In this document: one piece after another, positions 50,670 to 61,291 of the stretch
Position numbering within the stretch: the first letter of the stretch is position 1
Layout of the letters: each line of letters starts with the position of its first letter
Source of the DNA: Pristiophorus japonicus
Taxonomy: Eukaryota
NCBI RefSeq assembly: GCF_044704955.1
Contig: NW_027254445.1
Span: forward strand, 310,001-374,000
Length of the DNA stretch: 64,000 bases
Reading direction: 5' to 3'
Made by a program: the position numbers and the translations under genes
Notes under the pieces: generated by a model
What the model was told of the DNA's origin: nothing
Databases searched by the model: none
The model's input: only the letters and a program-made list of their open reading frames with translations

Positions 50670-51470
50670 GAAAGAACCTGCACTTCTATAGTGCCTTTCA
50701 GTCTCGGGATGTCCCAAAGCACTTTACATAAGCCAATGAAGTACATGTGAAGTGTAGTCTCTGTTGTAATTTAGGAAACACACAAGGTCCCACAAACAGC
50801 GATTAAATAAATAGCCAGATCATGTGTTTTAGGTATAAATGTTGGCCTGGACACTGGGAGAACTCCCCTGCTAATCTTCGAATAATGCCGTGAGATCTTT
50901 TACATCCAACTGAGATGCCAATCTTGGTTTGACATCTCATTTCAATAACAGCACCTCCAACAGTGCAGCACACCCTCCATACTGCACTGGAGTGTCTAGA
51001 TATGTGCTGGGATCTCTGGAGTGGGACTTGAACCCACGACATTGTGACTCTGAGAAAGAAAGATTTGAATTTCTACAGTGCTTTTCATGACCTCATGATG
51101 TCCCAAAGCACTTTACAGCCAATGAAGTACTTGTTGAAATGTAGACACTGTTGTAATGTAGGAAACATGGCAGCCACTTTGCACACAGCAAGCTCCCATA
51201 AACAGCAATGTGATAATGGCCAGGGCACTGGGGATAACTTCCCTGCTCTTCTTCAAAATAGTGCCGTGGGATCTTTTACATCCACTTGAGAGAGCAGACG
51301 GGGCCTCGGTTTAACAACTCATTCAAAAGCTGGCTCCTCGGACAGTGCAGCGCTCCCTCAGCACTGCACTGGGAGTGTCAGCCTACTGCACTCCATACTG
51401 CACTGGAATGTCTAGATATGTGCTGAAGTCTCTGGAGTGGGACATGAACCCATAACCTTCTAACTCCAAA
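50670..51470 (-). mobile_element. Two tandem tRNA-derived SINE copies with L2-type tails
   Basis: Two related units of about 400 bp, each with a cagtgcagc..cctc..actgcactgg core and ggagtgggacttgaaccc (B-box-like on the - strand). Confidence 0.7.
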
Positions 51471-51548
51471 TGTTATAAATTGTTAAACTTTGAAAGCTTG
51501 GAGAAATATATTTCTTTGTGTTAAGCTCCATATATTTCCCATGTACAG

Positions 51549-51896
51549 ATCCATTGGCTGATCCGGTCCTTGTTCAGCATCCAACAGTCAGCAAGGTCCC
51601 AGAGGGTGAAACCGTGCAGTTACAATGTGCCATGTACAATGCCAGTGTGAGTGACGCTGATGTCCACTGGCACTGCCAGCGACCCGGGAACAACAGCGAG
51701 TGGGTGATGAGCCAGTTTGTGAATGGCACCATTACCAAGTCCTGGGGTTTCCACGACCGTTTTCTGCCTTCCAGGAACATCACCAGTAACAGTTACATTC
51801 TGACCATCATGAATGTGTCCCTTAGTGATACTGCTGCCTACAGCTGCAGTGTGTGGAGCTACATCTATGGAGCAGGGACCCAGCTCAATGTAACCG
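51549..51896 (+). CDS. Exon V3: VJ-type Ig V-set domain (membrane-proximal, many N-glycosylation sequons)
   Basis: Acceptor tatttcccatgtacAG|, donor ACC G|GTAAGT, phase 1-1, 348 bp. PLADPVLVQHPTVSKVPEGETVQLQC...DVHWHCQRPG...DRFLPSRNITSNSYILTIMNVSLSDTAAYSCSVWSYIYGAGTQLNVT. Confidence 0.93.
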
Positions 51897-52461
51897 GTAA
51901 GTCAATGTTAGCTCACACTGGCAGGGTCACAGTAACAGCTCCTTACTGGGAACATGTGTAACCTTCACACAGTGGGGTGGACCAGTGGAAATATACCGTC
52001 AGACACAGTGGTTACTGTCTTGCTGTGGAACAGAGAGTGGGAATGTTGTTAGTGATGTGCGAAATGCCAGAGTTGAATAGTGGCGATGTAAGAATGGATC
52101 AAAACTCTGGAACAACAACAGAACATACGGAATGTCTCGGCCAGTCTGTTTTTTGTGGAGAAAACGGAGGAGTTGACATTTTGGGTGTGGGCCACTCAGA
52201 ACAAAAGAGAAGGGAGAGTGGAAAACAGACATGGGAAAAGAAATGGGCACACTTATTTGTACTGCAAAAATGGCCGCCATGCTCCACTCTTTGTCAATGA
52301 TTGGTCCTTGTGGAGGATAAGCCACACCCTGAAGTTTCACTGGAATGTGTAACTGGAACCGCCCATCCCAAGGTCTCACTGACTTTGCAAATTGTAATTC
52401 GATCCACTTTGACTTCCTGAAGCGACAGAGGACAGAGCTCCCCAGAAGACAGCAAGGGCCT

Positions 52462-52804
52462 GACCCCAGTCCAGGTATATCCCTCCCCCAGCCAAAGTAC
52501 CTTACCCCAGTCCAAGTATATCCCTCCCCCAGTCAAAGTACCTTACCCCAGACCAAGTATATCCCTCCCCCAGCCAAAGTACCTTACCCCAGTCCAGGTA
52601 TATCCCTCCCCCAGCCAAAGTACCTTACCCCAGTCCAAGTATATACCTCCCCCAGTCAAAGTACCTTACCCCAGTCCAGGTATATCCCTCCCCCAGCCAA
52701 AGTACCTTACCCCAGTCCAGGTATATCCCTCCCCCAGTCAAAGTACCTTACCCCAGACCAAGTACATCCCTCCCCCAGCCAAAGTACCTTACCCCAGTCC
52801 AAGT
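52462..52804. repeat. 42-bp minisatellite, about 8 copies
   Basis: Unit ccccagtccaggtatatccctcccccagccaaagtaccttac. Confidence 0.92.
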
Positions 52805-53346
52805 GCATAGCTAGAGGATTTGAGTATAGGAGCAGGGAGGTCTTACTGCAGTTGTACAGGGCCTTGGTGAGGCATCACCTGGAATATTGTGTTCAGTTTT
52901 GGTCTCCTAATCTGAGGAAGGACATTCTTGCTATTGAGGGAGTGCAGCGAAGGTTCACCAGCCTGATTCCAGGGATGGCTGGACTGACATATGAGGAGAA
53001 ACTGGATCAACTGGGCCTTAATTCACTGGAGTTTAGAAGGATGAGAGGGGATCTCATAGAGACGTATAAGATTCTGACGGGACTGGACAGGTTAGATGTG
53101 GGAAGAATGTTCTCGATGTTGGGGAAGTCCAGAACCAGGGGACATAATCTTAGGATAAGGGGTAGGCCATTTAGGACTGAGATGAAGAGAAACTTCTTCA
53201 CTCAGAGAGTAGTTAACCTGTGGAATTCCGTGCCAAAGAGAGTTGTTGATGCCAGTTCATTGGATATATTCAAGAGGGAGTTAGATATGGCCTTTACGGC
53301 TAAAGAGATCAAGGGGTATGGAGAGAAAGCAGGAAAAGGTTACTGA
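52805..53346 (+). mobile_element. CR1 ORF2 C-terminal fragment
   Basis: IARGFEYRSREVLLQLY...GYGEKAGKGY*. Confidence 0.92.
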
Positions 53347-53356
53347 GGGAACTTAA

Positions 53357-53618
53357 CGGTTGTGCTTATTATTAAACCTGGTTTTAATGTTATACCGAGG
53401 GAGAGCTGCCTGTCTCGGTTGTGCTTATATTAAACCTGGTTTTAATGTTATACCGAGGGAGAGCTGCCTGTCTCGGTTGTGCTTATATTAAACCTGGTTT
53501 TAATGTTATACCGAGGGGGAGTTGCCTGTCTCGGTTGTGCTTATATTAAACCTGGTTTTAATGTTATACCGAGGGAGAGTTGCCTGTTTCGGTTGTGCTT
53601 ATATTAAACCTGGTTTTC
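53357..53618. repeat. 58-bp minisatellite, about 4.5 copies, just upstream of the TM exon
   Basis: Unit cggttgtgcttatattaaacctggttttaatgttataccgagggagagctgcctgtct (period 53416 to 53474). Confidence 0.93.
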
Positions 53619-53696
53619 TGAAGGACAGGAATCCGAGTCTTTACTCGATTCACCTTACTGCTATTGAACTATACGTCACCTTTTGATATTTTACAG

Positions 53697-53841
53697 AGTT
53701 ATCTGAAAAGTGGTCTCTGAATATCATCATCAGCATTGCAGTCTGTGCCCTGGTATTAGCCGCCTTACTCTGCATCTTCATAGCCGCAGTATTCTACGTG
53801 AAAAAATGGGCATGTTTTCAAAGCAGATTAAAAGCGGAAGG
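53697..53841 (+). CDS. Transmembrane exon of the V-V-V receptor (this frame is not in the ORF track)
   Basis: Acceptor ttttgatattttacAG|. The phase-1 join with V3 (G+AG=Glu) gives ELSEKWSLN-IIISIAVCALVLAALLCIFIAAVFYV-KKWACFQSRLKAEG: an uncharged hydrophobic stretch followed by a KK stop-transfer. Donor GG|GTAAAT, phase 2. Confidence 0.88.
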
Positions 53842-54117
53842 GTAAATACAATTTCATTTCCTGTCTCATTTCAGTCTGATATTGATTGGTGCAGGGGATG
53901 GAATCAGCCCAAGAATGGGGGCAGACTAGCTGGGGACTGAGGGTTTTCTCTTGCTGTACGGATAAATAAATGCAAACATAAACAGCATTAAATCACCCAG
54001 TTATAAAATACACTGCAATTTCTCAGGTGATTATAAAGGAGTTTTGTGTTTTACACCCTCTCTTTCAGTGTTTCTCTCCTTCTCCTTCTGCCTCTCTCTG
54101 TCCATCTGTATCGCCCG

Positions 54118-54148
<31 letters not shown>

Positions 54149-54541
54149 CCACACACTCTCATTGTCCCACCTGTTTTCTCCATGTGACTGTATCTCAACC
54201 TTTGCCTCCCTTTCTCTTATTGTCCTTCTGTATCTCTGTCCCGTGCTCTTGTTGTTGTGTTTTCTCTCTCTGCCCTTCCCTCCTTCTGCACCTTTGAAAT
54301 TTTACGGCTGGAATTTTCCAGGGTGTAGCGCTGCTTCAGGCTGTGCGCTCAGCCGGGGGTCCATGTGCTCACAGCCTTGTGTCTTCCATATAACTGCCAA
54401 TGTAAAGCGTCTATCTGTCTGTAACTCATCTACTCCTTTTATCACTTTGAACATCTCGATCAAATCCTCCCTCAATCTTCCTGTTTGAAGAAAATTCCAT
54501 CCCAGTCGCTCTAGCCTATCCTTGTAACACAGACCCCCTCA

Positions 54542-57115
54542 CAGAAACATAGAAACATAGAAAATAGGTGCAGGAGTAGGCCATTCGGCCCTTCTAGCCT
54601 GCACCGCCATTCAATGAGTTCATGGCTGAACATTCAACTTCAGTACCCCATTCCTGCTTTCTCGCCATACCCCTTGATCCCCCTAGTAGTAAGGACCTCA
54701 TCTAACTCCTTTTTGAATATATTTAGTGAATTGGCCTCAACAACTTTCTGTGGTAGAGAATTCCACAGGTTCACCACTCTCTGGGTGAAGAAGTTCCTCC
54801 GCATCTCGGTCCTAAATGGCTTACCCCTTATCCTTAGACTGTGACCTCTGGTTCTGGACTTCCCCAACATTGGGAACATTCTTCCTGCATCTAACCTGTC
54901 TAACCCCGTCAGAATTTTATATGTTTCTATGAGGTCCTCTCTCATTCTTCTGAACTCCAGTGAATACAAGCCCAGTTGATCCAGTCTTTCTTGATAGGTC
55001 AGTCCCGCCATCCCGGGAATCAGTCTGGTGAACCTTCACTGCACTCCCTCAATAGTATTAAAGCCAAGGAAGTGGCATACAAATTGGCCAGAAATAGCAG
55101 TGAACCTGGGGACTGGGAGAAATTTAGAACTCAGCAGAGGAGGACAAAGGGTTTGATTAGGGCAGGGAAAATGGAGTATGAGAAGAAGCTTGCAGGGAAC
55201 ATTAAGACGGATTGCAAAAGTTTCTATAGATATGTAAAGAGAAAAAGGTTAGTAAAGACAAACGTAGGTCTTCTGCAGTCAGAATCAGGGGAAGTCATAA
55301 CGGGGAACAAAGAATTTTATATGTTTCTATGAGGTCCCCTCCTCAGGTTAGGAGACCAAAACTGTACACAATACTCCAGGTGTGGCCTCACCAATGCCCT
55401 GTACAACTGTAGCAACACCTCCCTGCCCCTGTACTCAAATCCCCTTGCTATGAAGGCCAACATGCCATTTGCTTTCTTAACCGCCTGCTGCACCTGCATG
55501 CCAACCTTCAATGACTGATGTACCATGACACCCAGGTCTCGTTGCACCTCCCCTTTTCCTAATCTGTCACCATTCAGATAATAGTCTGTCTCTCTGTTTT
55601 TACCACCAAAGTGGATAACCTCACATTTATCCACATTATACTTCATCTGCCATGCATTTGCCCACTCACCTAACCTATCCAAGTCGCTCTGCAGCCTCAC
55701 AGCATCCTCCTCACAGCTCACACTGCCACCCAACTTAGTGTCATCCGCAAATTTGGAGATACTACATTTAATCCCCTCATCTAAATCATTAATGTACAGT
55801 GTAAACAGCTGGGGCCCCAGCACAGAACCTTGCGGTACCCCACTAGTCACTACCTGCCATTCTGAAAAGTACCCATTTACTCCTACTCTTTGCTTCCTGT
55901 CTGACAACCAGTTCTCAATCCATGTCAGTACACTACCCCCAATCCCATGTGCTCTAACTTTGCACATCAATCTCTTGTGTGGGACCTTGTCGAACGCCTT
56001 CTGAAAGTCCAAATATACCACATCAACTGGTTCTCCCTTATCCACTCTACTGGAAACATCCTCAAAAAATTCCAGAAGATTTGTCAAGCATGATTTCTCT
56101 TTCACAAATCCATGCTGACTTGGACCTATCATGTCACCTCTTTCCAAATGCACTGCTATGACATCCTTAATAATTGATTCCATCATTTTACCCACTACCG
56201 ATGTCAGGCTGACCGGTGTATAATTCCCTGTTTTCTCTCTCCCTCCTTTTTTAAAAAGTGGGGTTACATTGGCTACCCTCCACTCCATAGGAACTGATCC
56301 AGAGTCAATGGAATGTTGGAAAATGACTGTCAACGCATCCACTATTTCCAAGGCCACCTCCTTAAGTACTCTGGGATGCAGTCCATCAGGCCCTGGGGAT
56401 TTATCGGCCTTCAATCCCATCAATTTCCCCAACACAATTTCCCGGCTAATAAGGATTTCCCTCAGTTCCTCCTCCTTACTAGACCCCCCGACCCCTTTTA
56501 TAACCGGAAGGTTGTTCGTGTCCTCCTTCGTGAATACCGAAGCAAAGTACTTGTTCAATTGGTCCGCCATTTCTTTGTTTCCCGTTATGACTTCCCCTGA
56601 TTCTGACTGCAGAGGACCTACGTTTGTCTTTACTAACCTTTTTCTCTTTACATATCTATAGAAACTTTTGCAATCCGTCTTAATGTTCCCTGCAAGCTTC
56701 TTCTCATACTCCATTTTCCCTGCCCTAATCAAACCCTTTGTCCTCCTCTGCTGAGTTCTAAATTTCTCCCAGTCCCCAGGTTCACTGCTATTTCTGGCCA
56801 ATTTGTATGCCACTTCCTTGGCTTTAATACTATCCCTGATTTCCCTTGATAGCCACGGTTGAGCCACCTTCCCTTTTTTATTTTTATGCCAGACAGGAAT
56901 GTACAATTGTTGTAGTTCATCCAAAAGTCTCTAAATGTCTGCCATTGCCCATCCACAGTCAACCCCTTAAGTATCATTCGCCAATCCATCCCAGCCAATT
57001 CACGCCTCATACCTTCAAAGTTAGCCTTCTTTAAGTTCTGGACCATGGTCTCTGAATCAACTGTTTCATTCTCCATCCCAATGCAGAATTCCACCATATT
57101 ATGGTCACTCTTCCC
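54542..57115 (-). mobile_element. 5'-truncated CR1 with an internal inverted self-duplication (55051-55315)
   Basis: ORFs 55317-56924 and 54640-55011. The + strand ORF 54976-55332 repeats SIKAKEVAYKLARN...ITGNKE from about 56570-56830. Confidence 0.9.
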
Positions 57116-57499
57116 CTGGTAACTCTGGGAATATCTGGTGCCATAGTTCCCAGTCAGTGGGTCATAACGGAATGGCACCTGGGCCAGGAAATAGTGCGGG
57201 GAATCCTGTTAGACCGCTCTAACGCACGTGTAGAAAATGTGCAGGAGCCCATTTTACATCTTGTAATCTGTGGAAATGAATGCTAATGGTGGCTAGCAGC
57301 ATTCCCCAGTTTTCCCAGGAGCAATGTCCATTGTGCTCTGCTCACCCACATAAAGTGAGCCAGTGCTTTCAGCAGGTCGGTACGCAAAGGGCTTCTGGCT
57401 TTTCCACAGCAGCGTTTTTGATGATGGACGTGGGATTTGAGAGCTGCGGCTGGTGATTGTATTTTTTAAAGTGCAGTTTTGTTTTATTTGTTGTGATGC

Positions 57500-58640
57500 A
57501 CTGCATTGGAATTATTCCACATCACAGGATTCGCCAAAGTCCAAGACATTGTTGTTGGTATCCGTGCCCACCTTGGACCCTACACATTACACCACGGTCT
57601 TCCTGAACTCCGGGGGTTTCTAACCCCCTCAATGTGCAGTTCAGTGACCAGCTCATCATACGGTGAATGTTCTGATCCCTCCATTTTAAGACCATCCACT
57701 GTGCCTAAACTCTTTCAAGGAGAAGGCAGACTGGGATCATGGCTCCTGAAAGACAAAGGCTATCCTCTGAGCTCTGGTTCCTGACATCATTGTGACAAGC
57801 GGGATCAAAGACACAACATGATGCACGCAGTCACCGGGATCATTCATCTCCAAGATGCACCAATGCTTTTCTAGTCCTGACCCCATCTACAAAATACACT
57901 GGCCCAATACACCCTTACCAACATAGACCTCTGCACTAACTCAACTACCACAGCGGCCCAGCCTATTGCCTGCTAATACCTAATTCTGCACTGTCAGATG
58001 GAAACTGTCTGCATCACAGGTTGGGCCTCTACTCATTGGCATTCAGAAGAATGAGAGGTGATCGTTTCAATACGTATAAGATTCTGAGATCCGTGACCGT
58101 CTCATCAGAGTTCCATCCCACTTCCCGGTTCCTTTGGACGTCCCCATGACCACATCCATTTTCCCTTCCATTCCAAAGCCCCAAAACTGAAATGAGAGAC
58201 AACAGCAAAGATTAAAAATTCCAATCCAAATTTATATCAGAACAACATAATATATTTACTAATCACCCTTGTGCATTTCCTTCTATCCCCTTTTTGCTTT
58301 AACTAGTCTAGCGTTCCTCCGCTGAGGCACGGCTGGTGGAAGACTGCTGCGTGTCAGGGCCAGATACTACAGAAGGCCTTGCAGGACACCCTCGACCAGC
58401 TCTGGGCCTGGAAGGCTCGGCTGTAGACTCCACCACCTCAGGCTGGGCAGCAGCAGTCTGGGCTGGCTGGATGACGGCCAGCGACAAGTGCAATGGCGGA
58501 GTGGCAGTGGTGGGATCAGGATAGCTGTCATTCTGAGAAAGGACAGCAGGTTCCTGCTCCACTGACCCAGTGCCACTCCCCCGGGGCAGCACCTCAACAT
58601 CCCCAACAATTTGCTGGAGCACAGTTTGGTGGGCTGCTGC
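57500..58640. mobile_element. PIF/Harbinger DNA transposon remnant
   Basis: Degenerate HARBI1-type transposase motifs on + (FHITGFAKVQ, LNVQ, ILRPSTVPKLF, WLLKDKGYPL). The convergent decayed ORF at 58308-58675 may be the second (Myb-like) gene. Confidence 0.6.
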
Positions 58641-58641
58641 G

Positions 58642-59512
58642 AACTTGGATAGGTTAGGTAAGTGGGCAAATGCATGGCAGATGAAGTATAATGTGGATAA
58701 ATGTGAGGTTATCCACTTTGGTGGTAAAAACAGAGAGACAGACTATTATCTGAATGGTGACAGATTAGGAAAAGGGGAGGTGCAACGAGACCTGGGTGTC
58801 GTGGGACATCGGTCACTGGGGGTTGGCATGCAGATACGGCAGGCGGTTGGGAGGGCGGGTGGCGTGTTGGCCTTCATGGCGGGGGGATTTGAGTGCAGGG
58901 GTGGGGAGGTGTTGCTGCGGTTGTGCAGGGCCCTGGTGAGGCTGTGCCTGGAGTGTTGTGTGCAGTTTTGGTCTCCTGACTTGAGGGGGGACACTCTTGC
59001 TGTTGAGAGGGTACAGCGAGGGTTCACCGGATTGATTCCCGGGATGGTGGGACTGACGTGTCTGGGTGAGCGGGGGGAGCTGGATCGACTGGGCTTGTAT
59101 TCGCTGGAGTTCGGAGGAGTGAGAGGGGATCTCATGGAAATGTTTCGGGTTCTGGCGGGTTTGGACAGGTTGGATGCGGGAGGGATGTTCCTGGTGTTAG
59201 GGGGGTCCGGGACCGGGGGTCACGGTCTAGGGATGGGGGTGGGCCATTTGGGGCCGAGATGGGGGGGAAACTTCTTCGCCCGGGGGGTGGTGGACCTGTG
59301 GAATTCTCTACCACGGAAAGTTGTTGAGGCCAATTCACTAAATGTGTTCGGGAAGGAGTTAGATGTGGTCCTCGCTATTGGGGGGTATGGCGGGGGAGCG
59401 GGAGTGGGGTGCTGGAGTTGCATGTTCGGCCATGAACTCGTTGAATGGCAGTACGGGCTCGAGGGGCCGAATGGCCTACTCCTGCACCTATTTTCTATGT
59501 TTCTATGTTTCA
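58642..59512 (+). mobile_element. CR1 3' fragment, A-to-G hypermutated over about 58800-59460
   Basis: Collinear with 30060-30930, but K/N/Y/Q codons are turned into G/R/C (VGMQIRQAVGRAGGVLAF vs VGMQIQQAVKKANGMLAF). Confidence 0.92.
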
Positions 59513-59850
59513 ATGGTAGCTGTGGATGTACTGGATGACATGATTATACACTATATCCACTTGGAATATGCATCCACCACAACTAAAAACATCTTTCCCA
59601 GGAAGAGACCTGCAAAGTCAATGTGGATCCTGGACCGTGGTTTAGATGGCCACAACCACAGACTCAGCGGCGATTTCGCTGATGCTTTAATTAGCTGCAT
59701 GCAAGTGTTGCACTGATGCACACATGATTCCAGATCAGAGTCAATTCCAGGTCATCATACATGAGATCTGGCAATGGCTTTCATCATGACAATACCGGGA
59801 TGAGTGCTATGTAGATCATGTACAAATTTCTCTCTGCCTTTCTTAGGCAT
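59513..59850 (-). mobile_element. Gypsy integrase fragment
   Basis: The minus strand reads HIDFAG..LGKMFLVVVDAYSKWI and HSTHPGIVMMKAIARS. Confidence 0.8.
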
Positions 59851-61167
59851 AGTCTAAGGATAAGGGGTAAGCCACAGTCTAAGGATAAGGGGTAAGCCAT
59901 TTAGGACCGAGATGAGGAGAAACTTCTTCACCCAGAGAGTGGTGAACCTGTGGAATTCTCTACCACAGAAAGTTGTTGAGGCCAATTCACTAAATATATT
60001 CAAAAAGGAGTTAGATGTAGTCCTTACTACTAGGGGGATCAAGGGGTATGGCGAGAAAGCAGGAATGGGGTGCTGGAGTTGCATGTTCAGCCATGAACTC
60101 ATTGAATGGTGGTGCAGGCTCGAAGGGCCGAATGGCCTACTCTTGCACCTATTTTCTATGTTTCTATGTTTTTCTATGACAAGGTGGATGCAGAGAGGAT
60201 GTTTCCACTGATACAGGAGACGAGAACTAGGAGGCATAATCTTAGTATAAGGGACCGCCCATTTAAAACTGAGATGAGGAGGAATTTCTTCCCTCAGAGG
60301 GTTTTAAATCTGTGGAATTCGCTGCCTCAGAGAGCTGTGGAAGCTGGGGCATTGAATATATTTAAGACAGAGATAGACAGTTTCTTAACTGATAAGGGCA
60401 TAAGGGGTTATGGGGAACGGACAGGGAAGTGGACCTGAGTCCATGATCGGATCAGCCATGATCATATTAAATGGCGGAGCAGGCTCGAGGGGTTGTATGG
60501 CCTACTCCTGCTCCTATTTCTTATGTTTTTATGTTCATTGTTTTCGGTCCCTGCCACAAACTCCGTTCCCTAGCCACTGACTCCATCCCTCTCTCCAACT
60601 TCTGCCTGAGGTTGAACCAGACTGTTCACAATCTTGGTGTCATATTTGACCCTGAAATGAGCTTTCGACCACATAGCCACAGCATAACTACAACCGCCTA
60701 TTTCCACCTCCGTAACATCACCCATCTCCGCCCTTGCCTCAGCTCATCCGCTGCTGAAACCCTCATCCATGCCTTTGTTACCTCTAGACTTGACGATTCC
60801 AAAGCACTCCTGGCTGATCTCCCATATTATACCCTACGTAAACTAGAGGTGATCCAAAACTCGGCAGCCCGTGTCCGAACTCGCACCAAGTCCTGCTCAC
60901 TCATCACCCCTGTGCTCGCTGACCTTCTGTTGCCTGGGCCCCAAGCTCTGGAACTCCCTGCCTAGACCTCTCCGCCTCTCTACCTCTCCTTCCTCCTTCA
61001 AGACGCTCCTTAAAACCTAACTCTTTGAACAAGCTTTTGGTCACCTGCATCAATTTCTACTTATGTGGCTCAGTGTCAAATTCTTTATCTCAAATAATAC
61101 TCCTGTGAAGCACCTTGGGACATTCACTACGTTAAAGGCACTATATAAATACAAGTTGTTGTTGTTA
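59851..61167 (+). mobile_element. Stack of LINE 3' ends: CR1 (59851-60175), second CR1 subfamily (60178-60535), L2 (60536-61167)
   Basis: Two CR1 tails; L2 C-terminus NLGVIFDPEMSF...ETLIHAFVTSRLD with tail tataaatacaagttgttgttg. Confidence 0.85.
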
Positions 61168-61291
61168 TGTATAGGAGACAAACATAACCCACTTCAATCA
61201 GGAGTCGATCGAACATCAACCAAACGGTCATGACTTGTGCAGAATTTCATTTTAAGAGAGAGACGTTCTTTGAAGCTTCTGTGCTCTTTCC

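Noticed and set aside
15849-51896. Conventional rearranging or germline-joined Ig light chain/TCR gene clusters
   Set aside because: No RSS, no leader exon about 100 bp upstream of any V and no C1 exon were found, and V3 splices in frame to a TM exon.
51968-52010. CACAGTG heptamers after V3 (51968, 52004) and after V2 (44926)
   Set aside because: They are intronic, do not abut a coding end, and have no ACAAAAACC-like nonamer at 12 or 23 bp.
52345-53346. 333-aa ORF fusing a Pro-rich repeat to an RT C-terminus
   Set aside because: Chance in-frame junction of a 42-bp minisatellite and a CR1 fragment; no catalytic RT core.
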